52,575 nt of DNA, from positions 1 to 52,575 of the forward strand of contig JAHLWZ010000421.1 of NCBI GenBank assembly GCA_020536535.1, given 5' to 3'. This DNA comes from Pelomyxa schiedti. Lineage: Eukaryota; Protista; Evosea. The notes beneath the pieces are model-generated. The model was not told the origin of the DNA. It saw only the letters and a program-made list of their open reading frames with translations, and made no database searches. Every line of letters begins with the position of its first letter. The stretch's first letter is position 1. Below are positions 37,501 to 51,049 of this stretch, in pieces. Position numbers and translations under genes: made by a program.

Positions 37501-39104
37501 GTTTAGTACTTTCATGAAACGTTACCTTCAAGGTGGTCAGTAAACAGAAAAAATAATTATGTAATCAGTGAATTACAAACAAAGTGTTTAATTACCTTCT
37601 TTTGGGAGGGTGGTGAGGTCTTCTCACCGACAGAAGATGTTCCATCTCCTGGATTGCTGTTTTCGCCCTCTGGAAGGCGAGCATTTTTCCTTGCCGGTTT
37701 GAGAGGTGTAATTGCATTTAGTTGCGGTGATAGGACTCCTGATGCCTCTGCGGGCATCTGTGGGCTTGAGCGTATGTTCTCCGAAGCACTTGACGCACGG
37801 GAATTTCTGGAAACTTCTACATTATCTTCCTCCTCAGCCGTGTCAGTATCATCATCAATGTTACCAGTGTCAGGCCTAGACAGGGGCATAGCTTCTACAT
37901 TCAGGGACTGTTGCGGGTGGGTCTCCACCTTGCCGTTCTGCACACTTGAATCTGGTGCAGAAAAGGATAACTCAGAGGAGCCAGAACCGGAACAAAGTTG
38001 CGGCGGCTGAGTGGTTGCATTGATCATTTCGTTGCCAATCGGATTGTCACATGTTCCTCCATTATCCTCCCTTGATTCTTCGGCCGCTGTGGCCAGTGAT
38101 GCTGACTTTGAACTCTGTCTCTTCTTCTTAGAAGACCTCGAAGTAGATGAACTCCCAGTGCTCCTACGCGTTCTTTTCGACGCAGGCTGCTGAGGGGATG
38201 TCAGAGCCATAGAATTATCTACAGCAAGAGTACTAGAACCAGCGCCGCTCCCTCCGCTTCTGCGGGATTTGGGTTTCGAAGCTGTTTTAGATTCTGCTGC
38301 AGCAGCGGCGGCCGCATTATGCCTCTGCTGTAATCTAGTTGTCCTAGTGGATGCAGATGTTGGTGCCCTGCCGTTCCGCTTTGTAGTGGTGGTCGTGTGC
38401 TTTCGCGAAGGCTGTTGTGGTTGTTCCATGTTTTCCTCGCCGAAAGTGTTGTTTTGGTTTGCTAGTGTACTACTAGTATCTTGTGCACCACCACCAGAAC
38501 CATTTGTGCCTGTATAAACAGAAGAAGGTGGTGGTGGTGATGATGATGATGAGTCCTGCTTTTGAGACAGGATTGGCAGCCCCGGTTGGTTTCCGTTGAT
38601 GGTTTCATTCTCCTCCTCGTCGGTTGTTGTATCTGTACCATCACCCTCAGCAATGCCTACGCCATCGCCCCCATCACCGCCGTGGGCAGTGGCCGAGGAC
38701 CCCCCCGCAGACACTGGGGGCGACGGTGACTGCGATGCCTGCTGCGTCGTTGCTGTTGCTGTTGCTGTTGCTGCTGAGGCACCTGTCCCTGTCCCGCACG
38801 CGCCGGCCCCCGCGCCCGCGTCCCCGGGCGACGACCCCACGCCAGCCGCGGCGGCCTGGCTGGTGGCTTTGCTTTGGGAGTGGTTGTGGGTGTGGGCAGC
38901 GCCCTTCTTCCTGGTGGGGGTGGCCACGGGGGACGCGGCGGGGTCGTGGTGGTGGTGCTGGCGGCGGGGCGGGGCCGCGGGGGCTGAGGCTGAGGCTGAG
39001 GAGGGCTTGCGGTGGGCGTGGGAGGAAGCAGGGGGAGAGGGCTGCAGGGAGGGCGAGGGGGGCTGGTTCTGCATCATGCGCTTCTTCTTGGCTCGCGTAA
39101 GCAT
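34504..39104 (-). CDS. Large low-complexity (S/Q/P/K-rich) hypothetical protein, probably nuclear
   Basis: Chain of long same-strand ORFs joined by short introns, with basic NLS-like clusters (RAKKKR, SKKKR) and poly-Q. No recognisable domain; could be more than one gene. Confidence 0.55.
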
Positions 39105-39647
39105 CCCTGGTGGCGTGTGGTTCTGTGTCTCGGCTTTTTCTTCTTCTACCTTTGTTGATTTTCAGAGTTCCACTTTCCACTTGCTTTTTTTCTCGCTCTT
39201 CACGGTTTTCTTTTCCCCTCTTTTTTTTTTGTGTTCGGCACAGTAAGACAACGGCTCAAGTGTTGTGGGTTTGTTTGTTTTTTTTGGGATGTTGTGGGTG
39301 GCTGTTTGGTTGGGTTTTTTTTTTGATTTTTTTTTGGGGGGCTTCGGTTTGTGTTGTTACCTTGTTTCGGCGGAAGGCGTCGACGTGCCAATATTATGGG
39401 TGTTGTTTTGTTTTTTTCCTTCCTCTTGTACAAGGACGGACGTGGGTGTGAGGCCTTGGGTTGTTTATGTTTTTACTCTTCTCTTTGTTGAACACTTGGC
39501 GTTTTTTTTTGTTTTATTCTGACTCCGTCCTTCCTTCTCGGAAATGGAAGGTTCTGGATGCTCCAAAGTTCTCGTTGACTTGGTTTTTTTGGCCGATGGT
39601 GATGTGTGTTTATGGTAACATCAATCAAAAAAAAATCATCGGCTTCT

Positions 39648-40863
39648 TCAGGGCTTCAAAAACACCCCCTGAACCCACACCCTGTTCATTTCAATGTGTG
39701 TTTTCCTGTTCAGTACTGTGGAGTGCAGTAACTCACACCTCGTGACTGTGAACCCAGCCGACGTCATAACGCTGGCCAGGAATTCAGTCTCAAAGAAATA
39801 TACCCTTGTGCCATCAGGCCTGGCAAAAAAGTGCCCCGCTGTGCCGTCGAGAGACCGCGAGGAAGCAGGATTGGCAGCGAGCAGCTTTTTGTGTTTGTAG
39901 TCACCGTGCCCATAATCGCGGAGAAGCAGGTAACCCTTGGGTCTGATTGCCTTCCGGAATTTTTAGTTAGAACTGGATTTGAAGAGTGGAAACCGCTAAC
40001 TTGGAATAGCTTGGAGGCTATAGTTGGCATTGCTTCAGGAGAAATAGTGGAGAGTACGAATATGAGCATGGCAAAATCCACTTTCAGTGAAGGGGGGAGA
40101 GATTCCTTCTGTAGGTCACATACAAAGGCAGTTACTCGGCCTTGTGGAATTTCAGTGTTTGCCTTAAACAGCAGGGTAAGACTCCAAACACTTCAAAGGT
40201 TTTTTTGAGGACAAGTAACTATTCTATGATTAATATAAGGAGGCCATAATTATGCGTGATATTATTATTAACGCGTATCGTAATAGGATTATATACCTTC
40301 AATAAGTTGATTGCCCGAGAAGAGATGTCCACTCCAACAAATCGGAGCATAGGGAATTCCGCTAAAAGCGGAGCCATAGTGTGCCCTACCCCACATCCGG
40401 CTTCCAGTCCAAGCACCTCTCGCCACATAGCTCCTTCCATAACATCAGATTCCCCGGTGCTATTGTTTGTCTCCACGGCGCTACTGCCCTCACGGGATCC
40501 ACCAGATTCCACAGTACTTCTTTCAGTGGTAGACTGAGGTTCTGCCACAGCCTTTGAATCACAACTTGAGCCGCTTTCGACCGGCGGATTACTGGAAGTG
40601 CATTGACACGGTGTAGGTGTGTTGAGCGATTCTTCTGCCTGTGGTAGTGTGGAAAGGGGCGGTGAAGGAACTGCGGATAGTCCCAGTTGAGAGAATTCAT
40701 TAATGAACTCTGAAGTGAAATAATGCCTTGGTTTGCTGCTTGCCACGAACCCCTTGGATTTGGCATAGAACTTGTTCCAGTATTCCCTGGCCTTCTTTTC
40801 GTACTGTTCTATTAACCACTTATTAGCACCTTCCATTTGTATCCAGCTCAACGCCGACTCCAT
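39648..40863 (-). CDS. tRNA N3-methylcytidine methyltransferase, METTL2/METTL6/Abp140 family
   Basis: YEKKAREYWNKFY, RHYFTSEF, LEAGCGVGHT, GVDISSRAI, AFVCDL, IFVLSTI, LLRDYG, RPDGTRVYFF, NRK..IEMNRVWVQGVF. Confidence 0.9.
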
Positions 40864-41124
40864 TTCAATCGAAATGTGTGGGAGCAGGGAAGTGATGTCA
40901 CGCACGTTTCATCGCCGGCGTAATGCCGACCGTCGTGGCGTAGAATGACTCGCAGCTCATTCGACACAGTAGATTCTGATGGTTTCAGGTTCGTAAGGCC
41001 CAATTCCTCTGTACTGTGCAGAGCAGTGGGCTCCCAAACAGCTGTAACACACACTTACCAGTTGGTGCCCACCGGGTTCGCTGAGAGAAACCCACCAACA
41101 AGAAAATTTACTTCAAAAAGGAAA

Positions 41125-44100
41125 ATGAGCACGGAGCGAGGTGCCGCGGACGGCGACAGTGGGCGAGGAGGCCCAGCCGACGAAAAGACGGGGGGGACCG
41201 AGGGAGGTGCTGCCGCGACGACGGCGGAAGGCGCCGCGGCCACGTCGGACTCGGCGTCTGCATCTGCGCCTGCGACCGGCACGAGCGCGAGCACGACCAC
41301 CGCGGCCGCCGTGGAGGAGGTACCCAACTTGGTGCGAGTGCGCGAGCGGCCGGGGATTGGTGTCTGTTTTTAATACGTTTTTGTGTTTTTGTTCCACGCA
41401 CAGCACACACCACAGCACGCAAATCAAACGTTTTTTTTTTACTTTGAGTGCATTTATTTGTACATTTTTTTTTTTAATAAACCTTTGTTTCTATGCTATG
41501 TAGGGAGGAGGAACCAGCACTGCTGCTGTAGTGAAAGTCAAGGCTGAACCAATGGAAGATAATGACCTTCCTAAAAAACGACACAGGCGGAGGCACAGCG
41601 AAAGCAGCGGGAGTGACGAGGGACATTCCAGGCACACGCACTCCCACGCCCATACTGACACCCGCCACCACGATTCATCAGACCAGCCTACCAACACCAC
41701 CGAGAGCACTACATCCGCCGCTACTACCACTGCAACTACCTCTACTACTACTACAACTAGTAGCAGTGCCACTTCTGCACCTGCTTCTGAGTCCACTCAA
41801 ATTCTGGAAGGTGGTAGGGAACCAGAAAATAGAGATAGGCACAGAGGTGACAGGGACAGGGATAGAGATAGAGAGAGGGATAGACACAGGGAAAGGGATA
41901 GAGATAGAGGTGATCGGGACAGAGATAGAGACAGGCCAAGAGAGAGGGATAGAGACTATTCTCGCAGAGGAAGGTACTTTGAGGAAGTCCCCCGCGACCG
42001 AGAAAGAGAATCAGAGAGAGATAGACGAAGAGATAGAGGGGACAGAGATCGCGACAGAGATGCTGACAGAGATGGGCATAGGGGTAGAAACCAGGACAGC
42101 AGAGAACTAACTGAGCCCCATCCGGAACGGCAGTCCGCAACTGAAGAGAGAGAGTCACGTGATACTCCGGTCACAAAAGACCGGGAAAGAGGTCCACCCC
42201 TTGAAATGACTGGAAGGTCTATCCCATCTCTTCCCTAACCTGGCACTCACGCTTTTCTCTGTAGGGCAAGAGAAGCAGCCCCAAATGTAGCACCACGGTC
42301 TTCCGCTGCTCCAACTCTTCCTGGTGTTCCCTCTGCTGACAGAGGAACAGGTGGTGTCTACATTCCCCCATTCAAGCTGGCACAGCTGAGAGCAAATGTA
42401 ACTGATAAGGCAAGTGTTGACTACCAACGACTGAGTTGGGATGCATTAAAGAAGAGCATTAATGGACTCATAAACAAAGTGAGTGTAAGCAACATCCGAA
42501 ACATTGTGCCAGAGCTTTTCCACGAGAATCTAGTTCGCGGGAAGGGCTTATTTTGCCGATCTGTCATGAAAGCCCAACAAGCGAGCCCTAACTTCACCCC
42601 AGTGTATGCAGCTCTCGTTGCTGTTGTAAACACGAAACTTCCCGGTTTGTTACTTCACCAGAAAAAGTGACAACTAACCAATCACCAACAGAAATCGGCG
42701 AACTCCTGTTGACCCGTCTTATTGATCAATTCAGGAAGTCATACAGACGAAATTACAAGGTAAAAACAGATACAACGTATGGACTCTTACCATAAACAGC
42801 CTATCCTTCTATCCAGCACAAGATTCACTGCACATCTCATCAACCAACAAGTTTGCAGTGAATTGCTTGGCCTGGAGCTGTGCACCCTCCTACTGGAAAA
42901 CCCAACCGATGACAGTGTGGAAGTTGCCGTTGAATTCACCAAAGAAGCAGGATACACAATAAGTGATATCTCACCAAGGGGAATAAATGGTAGTTTGCTG
43001 AATCCATTCAGAAAGCGCCATCTAACTGATTTCAGTGATATTCGACAGCTTCAGAACTATCCTACATGAGGGAACAATCGATCTTCGTGTGCAATACATG
43101 ATTGAGGAACTGTTTGCAGTTAGGAAGAGCGGGTTTGCTGGACACGCTGGAATTCCTGAAGGACTTGACCTAGTAGAACAGAATGACCAGATTACCCATG
43201 ACATCAGCTTGGATACCACTGAGCTTGATGTTATGGAGGAACTAAGTCTGCTGCTTATTAAATTTACATATTTGTACTAACAGAGAGGCAGATTTCTTCA
43301 GGGCGGACCCTGAGTTCCTTGAAGGGGAAGAACAATGGGCTGTTGCGAAAAAAGAAATCATTGGTGATGAAGAAGAAAATGGAGACAATGAAGGGGAAGC
43401 TAAGAAGGAGGAGGGTGAAGAAGGTGGTGAGGGAGAGGCGGGAGATGAAGAAGAAGATGAAGAAGGCGGGGAGAAAAAAGAAGGTGATGGCCAAACGCAA
43501 CTTATAGCGGACATGACAACAACGGAACTAATAAATCTCAAGCGAGCAATCTATCTTACTATCATGTCTTCCCTTGACTTTGAGGAGTGTGCGCATAAGC
43601 TTCTCAAGATGAAGCTTAAGCCAGGACAAGAGGTAACCGCCCCTGAACGCCAAAATCTCACATAAATACAGGGAGAATTATGCAAAATGATTGTGGAGTG
43701 TTGCAGCCAAGAAAGAACTTACCTGAGATTCTATGGGTTGCTTGGCCAGAGATTTTGTTTATTGAAAAAGGAATATCAAGACGAATTTGACAAATGTTTC
43801 ATGCAACAGGTTTTTACCCTTTTCTTCCTTAACTTTTGCCTGATGAAAAAATAGTATTCCATTATTCATCACTTGGAGACAAACAAACTGCGGAACGTGG
43901 CAAAGTTCTTCGCCCATCTCCTGCACACCGACGCTCTTCCCTGGACCGTTCTGGCGTACATCCATCTCAACGAGGACGAAACCACGAGCTCCAGCCGTAT
44001 TTTCATCAAAATCCTGTTCCAGGAGGTCAGCGAGTTCATGGGACTGGCCAAGCTCAACACCAGACTCAGGGATACCAGCCTTAGCGCTTTCTTTGTCGGG

Positions 44101-44447
44101 CTTTTCCCGAAGGACAACCCCCGGAACACCCGTTTCTCCATCAACTTCTTCACCTCCATTGGTCTTGGAGGCCTCACGTAAGCCAAGAATCCCCCCCCAA
44201 CTTCTCCGCTTTATCACCGGAATAATACTAAATTACACACAGGGATGAACTGCGGGAGCACCTGCGGAACGCGCCCAAGCACATCATGGCACAGCAGAAG
44301 GAAGTAAGTTCCGAGAGTGACACATCATCCGAGCTCAGCTCCACAACAACATCATCGTCCTCTTCTTCCTCCTCGTCGTCCTCTTCCTCGGAATCCTCGT
44401 CATCCAGCAAAAGGCACACCACAAAGAAGAAACGACGCACACACTGA
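41125..44447 (+). CDS. CWC22: Pre-mRNA splicing factor CWC22 (MIF4G + MI domains, RD/RE-rich N-terminus)
   Basis: [102 protein letters not shown]. Confidence 0.97.
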
Positions 44448-44862
44448 TCAACTAAAACCTTTTACACAGGCAACAGCAACACACACCACACTCCAAATCA
44501 AAACACCACAATCAATGCCAAACCTCATACAGTCATACAACATCCACTCGAGATTGATACAGGATCACCAGAACTCAACATGCCATGTGTAGAGCAAATT
44601 GTCATTTGAATACGGGACAAGTAGTAGTTCCCCACCAACACGCCTTTCAAGTTCCTTTACCATTTTGTGTTCCCTTCAATTGGTGATAACGATTTTCATT
44701 TTTGTGCAGGGTACGTGCCAGTTCATTGGCAGGGTGGTACAGAGCCCAAATTGGTACCATCCCGGTTTTTTCCTCTTCGTGTAAAGAGAAAAACACAGGA
44801 AAACGGGAGCTGGGAACCGTCACATCAAAAAAACAAACACAGCTCGTAAAGGTGAGAACGAA

Positions 44863-45894
44863 ATGGGAGCGGAGGACAGTAAATTGAAGTCGGACATAAC
44901 GTCACGATACCCTGGTGTGTGCGCTAGCTGTAGTAGTTGGCTTCATACTATACTGCCTTTTGTTTTTTTTTTTTTTTTCCCCACTCTCCCTGCCGTGTTT
45001 GCTTTGGTTGCTGTCGCTACGCGGATTTTCTCAATTGGGAATTATGTAGTGAACGAAGAGGAGTTCAAGAGGCTGGTGGCTAGGTTCAAATCAATTCAAG
45101 TAAACAACAAGATCACCAAAGAAGTGTTCCTCGCCAACATGCCACACAACGTCCCTCGAGAAGCCTCGGAATTGGTATATCTTCCCCTTCCCTTCACAAA
45201 ACCACTTGGCTTTCTGTTTTTTTTTTTTTTAAAACCGTGCCACAGATTTTTGATTCGTTTGACAAAGACGGGAGTGGGTGTGTTGGATGGAGTCCTATCT
45301 TTACTATTTTCTGACTTGCCATTCAAACAAAACCAGTGCCTTGGACTCCGGGGAATTTTTACAATACGCGGCCATTAACCAGTTTGGAACACTTGGTAAC
45401 TTCTTCTGCTATACATTTCTGTCATGTTGTTAACTTGGTTTCCACAGAGCAGAAACTTGAAGGTTAATTGACATTGTTTTCCCTCCTTTTCTGACGTGGG
45501 GTACCAGCCAGTTTTGCGGTTTTTGATTCAGACGGCAATGGTTATCTTACGCGGTCAGAGATTGCGTGCGTGGAATCTAAGCTTTTTCTTTTCTCTCACA
45601 CACAAAACAGGTCCATACTTGAATTAATAGCAAAACAGGTTAGTTTTTTCTCCCCAGTTTACCGCGTACTTAACGGTGGCTAGCAAAAAGTGTTGGATGC
45701 AGCAATGAAAAGAGAGATTACTACATCACTAGTCCCAAAGATTTTCGCGGCTGTGGACACTGACCACGTAAGTAAGAACTTATGCATTATCATCAACCCA
45801 CAACACCCAATAGAATGAAAAGATAGACAAGAATGAGTTTATCCAAGGGTTCAAAGCGAATCCTCAGATATGCCACTTCTTCAAATTGTTGTAA
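44863..45894 (+). CDS. N-myristoylated EF-hand calcium sensor (NCS-1/recoverin/calcineurin B-like)
   Basis: MGAEDSKL myristoylation-type start. EF loops DKDGSGALDSGEF, DSDGNGYLTRSEI, DTDHNEKIDKNEF; GTLEQKL. Confidence 0.9.
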
Positions 45895-45953
45895 AAGGAA
45901 TAAGCAAGAATATATATGAGTTTTCTTTCTTTGGTGTACTATACAACAAAATT

Positions 45954-48900
45954 TCACGGCACCCTCTTGAGAATGCCTGCAAGCTCTTTTGCAGTTGGGG
46001 ATATTTGAATAGAGTACACTGAAGTCATAAGTGTTTCTTCAGAAAAGTCCTGTGTCAAACGTTAGAACAATAAGGTAAAAAAAGAAAACCTTGGGTAAGT
46101 GGTGTAGTGATACAGCCAATTCCTCAAATGACAAGGATAAAAGCATTTTTTGGTGAATTTTGAGTATTCCTTCATAAGTTTGTCAGAAAGGGAATTCTAA
46201 TAACAAAAATGAAACCTAGTGCTACTTGATGAACGAACTCCTCCCCACTCCAGAATAAGCAGTCCCATACTCTACTGGCGTGAGATAGGGGCAATACTCT
46301 TGTAAATAATGTAATGAACCTAAGTACTGATTCAGTGCCGGAAATGAAGTGTTTAGGTTTTGTGTGAAGAAAGGGAAAATTAAGTAAATAGAAATGGTAC
46401 CATTCCAAAAGGAAGAAGTTTGGACTAATGTCTTCCGCGGCGAAGTGTCTGTACAGCTGCGGGAGGTTTTCATTGAAAACCAGGTTGAAAAGTCGTATGT
46501 GTTTTAAAATCTGGAATCCCTTCTGAGGAAAAGGGAATGAGAGTTGGTAAATACCCTATCGAAATCCATCTTATAGAGGTTCATAAAAAACCCGGAGGAT
46601 GTAATCAAGCTGACCAAGCTTTCAAATGCTTCATATGCTTCCATATGGAGAATGAGCATTCCCGCAACGTTTGACATTCCTTGAACCTAAGAAGCATCAA
46701 TAAAAACAGATTGAATACTATCTTACATAGCCAACGTCGGGCCGGCATTGAGCAAAACTGGCTAAAACATATAAAAGAGGCTGGCAGAACGGCCCTTAAA
46801 AAATCAGAAAAGAAATGTATATGCATTGGTACCAGTATTGTTGAAAAGCTTCTGTTCAGGGAAGGTGCGGGGTAAATCTACTTCAATAAGTCTCACTGTT
46901 TCCCCTATTGGCAGTTAGCTTGTTACTAAGCGGAAATAGGTACCAGATGTGCCGGACTTGAACATATCTTCTTGTGCATGCCGGAAAAATATTTGGTAGA
47001 GCTTTGGGGACATTCCAGCTTTATTTCCGATGGAGTTCCGCCATACAGCACCACGAAACCTACGAGGAATTCCTTGTTTACACATGCGTTTAAATTTATC
47101 AGTGTTGACTCTGGAGAAGGTAAGTCACTTCCAGTGATTAGATTTTCTACAATTTCTCCCATGGAGTTTGAAGCAGCTTAGTCCACTGGGCTTCAAACTT
47201 CTCACTTTTCGATGTCTCAATTGGTTTGGTAGGAGAGGGTCTGTGTGTCAAGAGAGGGAAATAAGGTAATTTTATCGTATATTTGCAGTACTTTGGAGCA
47301 GTTGATACTGGTCGAGGCGCACTGAAACCTGGTTAGGATTTCCAGATGGAAGAAAAAGAAATACATTGATGTTGTCCTTTGGGTGACTCTTCTTGTCCTA
47401 GTTGAGAAAATGCCGCTCTGTAAAGTCATGGTGTCAGGAACTAAAATCGGTAAGGAGGAAAACAATGGGAAAAGGCAATAAACGTTGAAATGTGTACGCA
47501 TCAGGATGCACAACGGCTAAAGAGTGCCAGTATCCACATGCTATTATATATGGTCTTCTTGTTTCTAAAGCCGTAACAAGCATTGGCTTGAGGCTGCGTG
47601 CTTTAACTTCTGCTGGAGGAAGTGTGGGAGTTTGGGGACTGCTCCACTGACGGGTTAAGGAAGGACTGGAGGGAACCCGACATATAGGTGGGTTTACAGG
47701 GGTTACGGAGTCAAGAGAAGGTTCTGCCGATACCTGTGATGGTGTCACTGGGAGGCTGGTGTCAGGAGTACTGGAGGGGGGAGCAGGTGCTGGTGCTGCG
47801 GGCCTTTGGGGAAATTCTGGTCCATCAAGCTGTTCCAATGTTGAGGTTGAGAGTGTGGATGTGGAAGGACTTTGAATTGGTGAATTGGTGGGGGAAAGAG
47901 GTGTGGAGGAAGATTTCTGAACAACTGGAGATGAAGAGGCTAAAGAAGAAGATGTACTTGTGGAACGCACGAGCATGCTACCACTACTTGGAATCACACT
48001 CGAATTTGGTTTAGGAGATTTTGGTGTGGTAGCTGTAGCAGAGTCTGGTCTATTTGGGGTTGTTGCTGTCTGCGATTGGTGCCGCCGCAAAGTTTTATGC
48101 ACTTCATTGGCCAACAGCACCTCTTCCTCACTTGCTTGCTTCAAGTGGTCTATTAATTGTCTGCTTGACCGCAGAGTGTCTGGCGTTGATGATGAGGATG
48201 TAGCCAAAGGTTTTTGGTGCTGCCGTAGGGGCGCAAACTCCACTCCAAGCTGCCCGTACTTGCCAGACCCAAATACATGTAACTTGTGAAAAACTGCAAA
48301 AATCAGAATAGGTGAAGTGCGTTTAATCATACCATCTATAGCAATCGTGTGGGCCCCACCACATGCTACTTGCCTTATTTTTGTTGTAGCCAGTCCTTGA
48401 ACTAGTTTGGGAAACAGCTCGTTGTTGGTAGTTCCATGTCCTAGCTGACCTGCAATGTTGTTAAAAAAAACCCTTCTACTTTCGATAATACTAACCATGT
48501 TCGCCATATCCCCAGGTATACAATTCATTTTCCACTAAAAAGAAATTAGAATGGAAAAAGAAGTTTGAACAATTACAGGAAATCGCGGCACTGTGAAAGT
48601 AGCCACCAGAGAATTTAACTATTGGAATTTGGCTTACCCTGAAGAAGTCCACAACTTTTGGTACCCATACATCCTTTTCATCACCATGTCCCAGTCGGCC
48701 ATCTTTTTCCAATAGAAATAAAAAAACCTGTCAATCCAAGGGATGGAGATGCAACCTTGTCCTTTTCCCCATGTATACAATTGTCGATTTGCTGCCAGAC
48801 ACATACTGTGGCTGAATCCGCAAGATATGGAGTCCACCACAATTGATTTAAGGGCCACAATAAGAGTTGGCGTGAGGCATACTTCAATGCCCTCACCGTG

Positions 48901-50859
48901 CCCAAGTCTCCCTTTTTCCCTATAAGAAAAATATGAGAATTGAATTTACCATTTGACCCGCGTCCCCAAGCATAAACTCGGCCAAGATCAGTAAGGCACA
49001 TAGTGTGGCCTGATCCACAAGAAATCCTAAAAAAGCGTCATAGTTGGCTAGGGATGAGCACTTATACTTTACTATGTTCATTGAATGAAGAGCCAAAATC
49101 GGAACAGGGGTGGTTTCAGAATCTGTTGTTCCAGATCCTAACTGGCCGTCTTGCCCACCTCCCCATGCATAGACAGCTCCACTTGCTGCGAAAACTGAGT
49201 TAAATGCTATCGCTGTGTAGACTACCTGCTAACGCTACAGTGTGATCATTTCCTGCAGCCACTTGGACAAAGTGTTGATTGTCAATAAGCTGCAATTAAT
49301 TTAAGGCACAACTTTAGGGCATGAAGTCAACCTTGGCCATGGCAAGACCCTTCACTGATAGCGGTTTATATCTGGTTTTCACTCAGTGAATTTCATGAAA
49401 GAGAAATATTAACTGATCAGTGAGATTTCCGTGGCCCAGTTGTCCACTACAGTTCCACCCCCACGTATAAACATCGCCCTTGGCTGTGAACAGGTAAATT
49501 GACTAGCATTTTATTGGAGCTACCTACAAGTTACAGCCACGGTATGTTTCCCTCCACAAGCAATGGAGACGAGACATTTCCCGGCCATAGCAACAACAGG
49601 TCTTGGCAAATTTTGGTCTGCACAATCGCCATGTCCAAGCTAAAAAAGAAATAAGGTGCGGATAGTAACTTGTAAATTGTTTATACCTGTCCATCACCTC
49701 CTCTTCCCCATACATAAAGTCCCAAATACGATAAATCCTCAGAATCATCAAATTTAGTCGATGTACCAAATAAGCGTGACTGGTCACCAGTAGCATTTGT
49801 TGCACTCGCGGTGGAGGTTGGTGCAGGGGAAGCAACTGGAGTTCCCGTTGTGTTGACAGGATCCATATTGGCCGCTACCTCTGCAGGAGTGGCGACAGCA
49901 TGCTGAGTTTCATTTGAATGGATTTCCTGTATTCCAGGAGGTTCCGCTAGCACTGCGACCGGGGGTATAATAACTGATGGTGGCTGTTCTTGTTCAGTCT
50001 TGTGTGGCAACTGCGTTTCTTGCTGCAATACGTTTACTTCCGTTGTGTGCACTGGCACTTCTTCACCGTGCGGTTCTAGGGGTGTTCCAAGGGGTTGATC
50101 GCCTTGGAGTTTTGATCCTTCGGCATTATTCGGCTGTGGATGCAGCTGTTCCGGCAGAGTTTGAACAGGTGGAGCAACAGGAGATATAGTCACTGCGTCC
50201 CCCGCAGCGTTTTCTTTTTGCTCTTGCACCTTATTGCCAGTATCTTCTTCGGCGTTAATATTTGTTACGCAGCTAGTGGATCCTTCCATGGCATTTGTTG
50301 ATGTTGATGTTGATGATGTTGTAGAGTTAGCTTCATCAGTTATAGGAAGGGTAGGAATGACACCCACTGCAATATAAGTTGGACCATTCAAAAGCCCAAC
50401 ATATCGCGCCTCTTCGTTCACGAAACGGCAACAACTGGACTCGCTAACTTGTCTGGCGTCAGATGTGCCTGAACCACAAGAAGAAGAAGTATGGGAGGTG
50501 TTACTGGTATCAGCCGAAGCAGAATCAGAACCGCAGGTACAATTATGGGTCGTGCAGACCGCGTCGTCGTAATTACCATCAGCCGCCACCGTTGTTGGCA
50601 CTTGTGCTACTGGTGAACTAGTAGTCCCTGTTGTTGATTCCAACGACGAGGCTGATGAAGTTTCCCCCGGTGCCGGGGAGGCGGTGTCACAAATGACATC
50701 GTTCCCCGGCTGCTGTTTCGTCTCCCCAACAACAACAACAACAACGCCATCGTCGTGCGGATGCGTGGCCTCGGTATTACTGCTACTACTACTGTTGTTG
50801 TTGCTGGTTGTTGCCGTTGTGGGTGTTACTGTGCCTGTCGTACCGTCGCAGTCGTTCAT
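45954..50859 (-). CDS. RCC1-repeat protein with C-terminal TBC (Rab-GAP) domain
   Basis: Repeated VY.WG....GQLGHG / ACG..HT motifs at 47500-49720. TBC R-finger IEVDLPRTFP, Q-finger QGMSNVAGML, and WFITLFTRVLPL..ASRVWD. Confidence 0.88.
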
Positions 50860-51049
50860 TTCTACTTCGTGTAATTCTCTGGCAGATAGAAATCTTTGGC
50901 TTGCACTTGGGAAGAGTGATGCCAAGGGTGGTTAAGTTCAACTTATCAGATGATTCGTTACAGAATCACTGGGTAGCAGCGTCCTAAAACCCTAACATCA
51001 GATCTAACTTCTTCAAGTTCCACACAATATTTAAAGTTTTGTTTGTTTT

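Noticed and set aside
38596-39246. Long antisense ORFs here and over other GC-rich first exons
   Set aside because: Stop-poor shadows of GC-rich low-complexity coding sequence on the opposite strand.
40864-41124. Possible snoRNA/tRNA in the METTL/CWC22 divergent spacer
   Set aside because: No convincing C/D boxes or cloverleaf; it may be UTR or an upstream exon.
41830-42100. GA-rich 'gacagagataga' repeats resembling a repeat array
   Set aside because: They encode the RD/RE dipeptide region of CWC22; no spacer structure.
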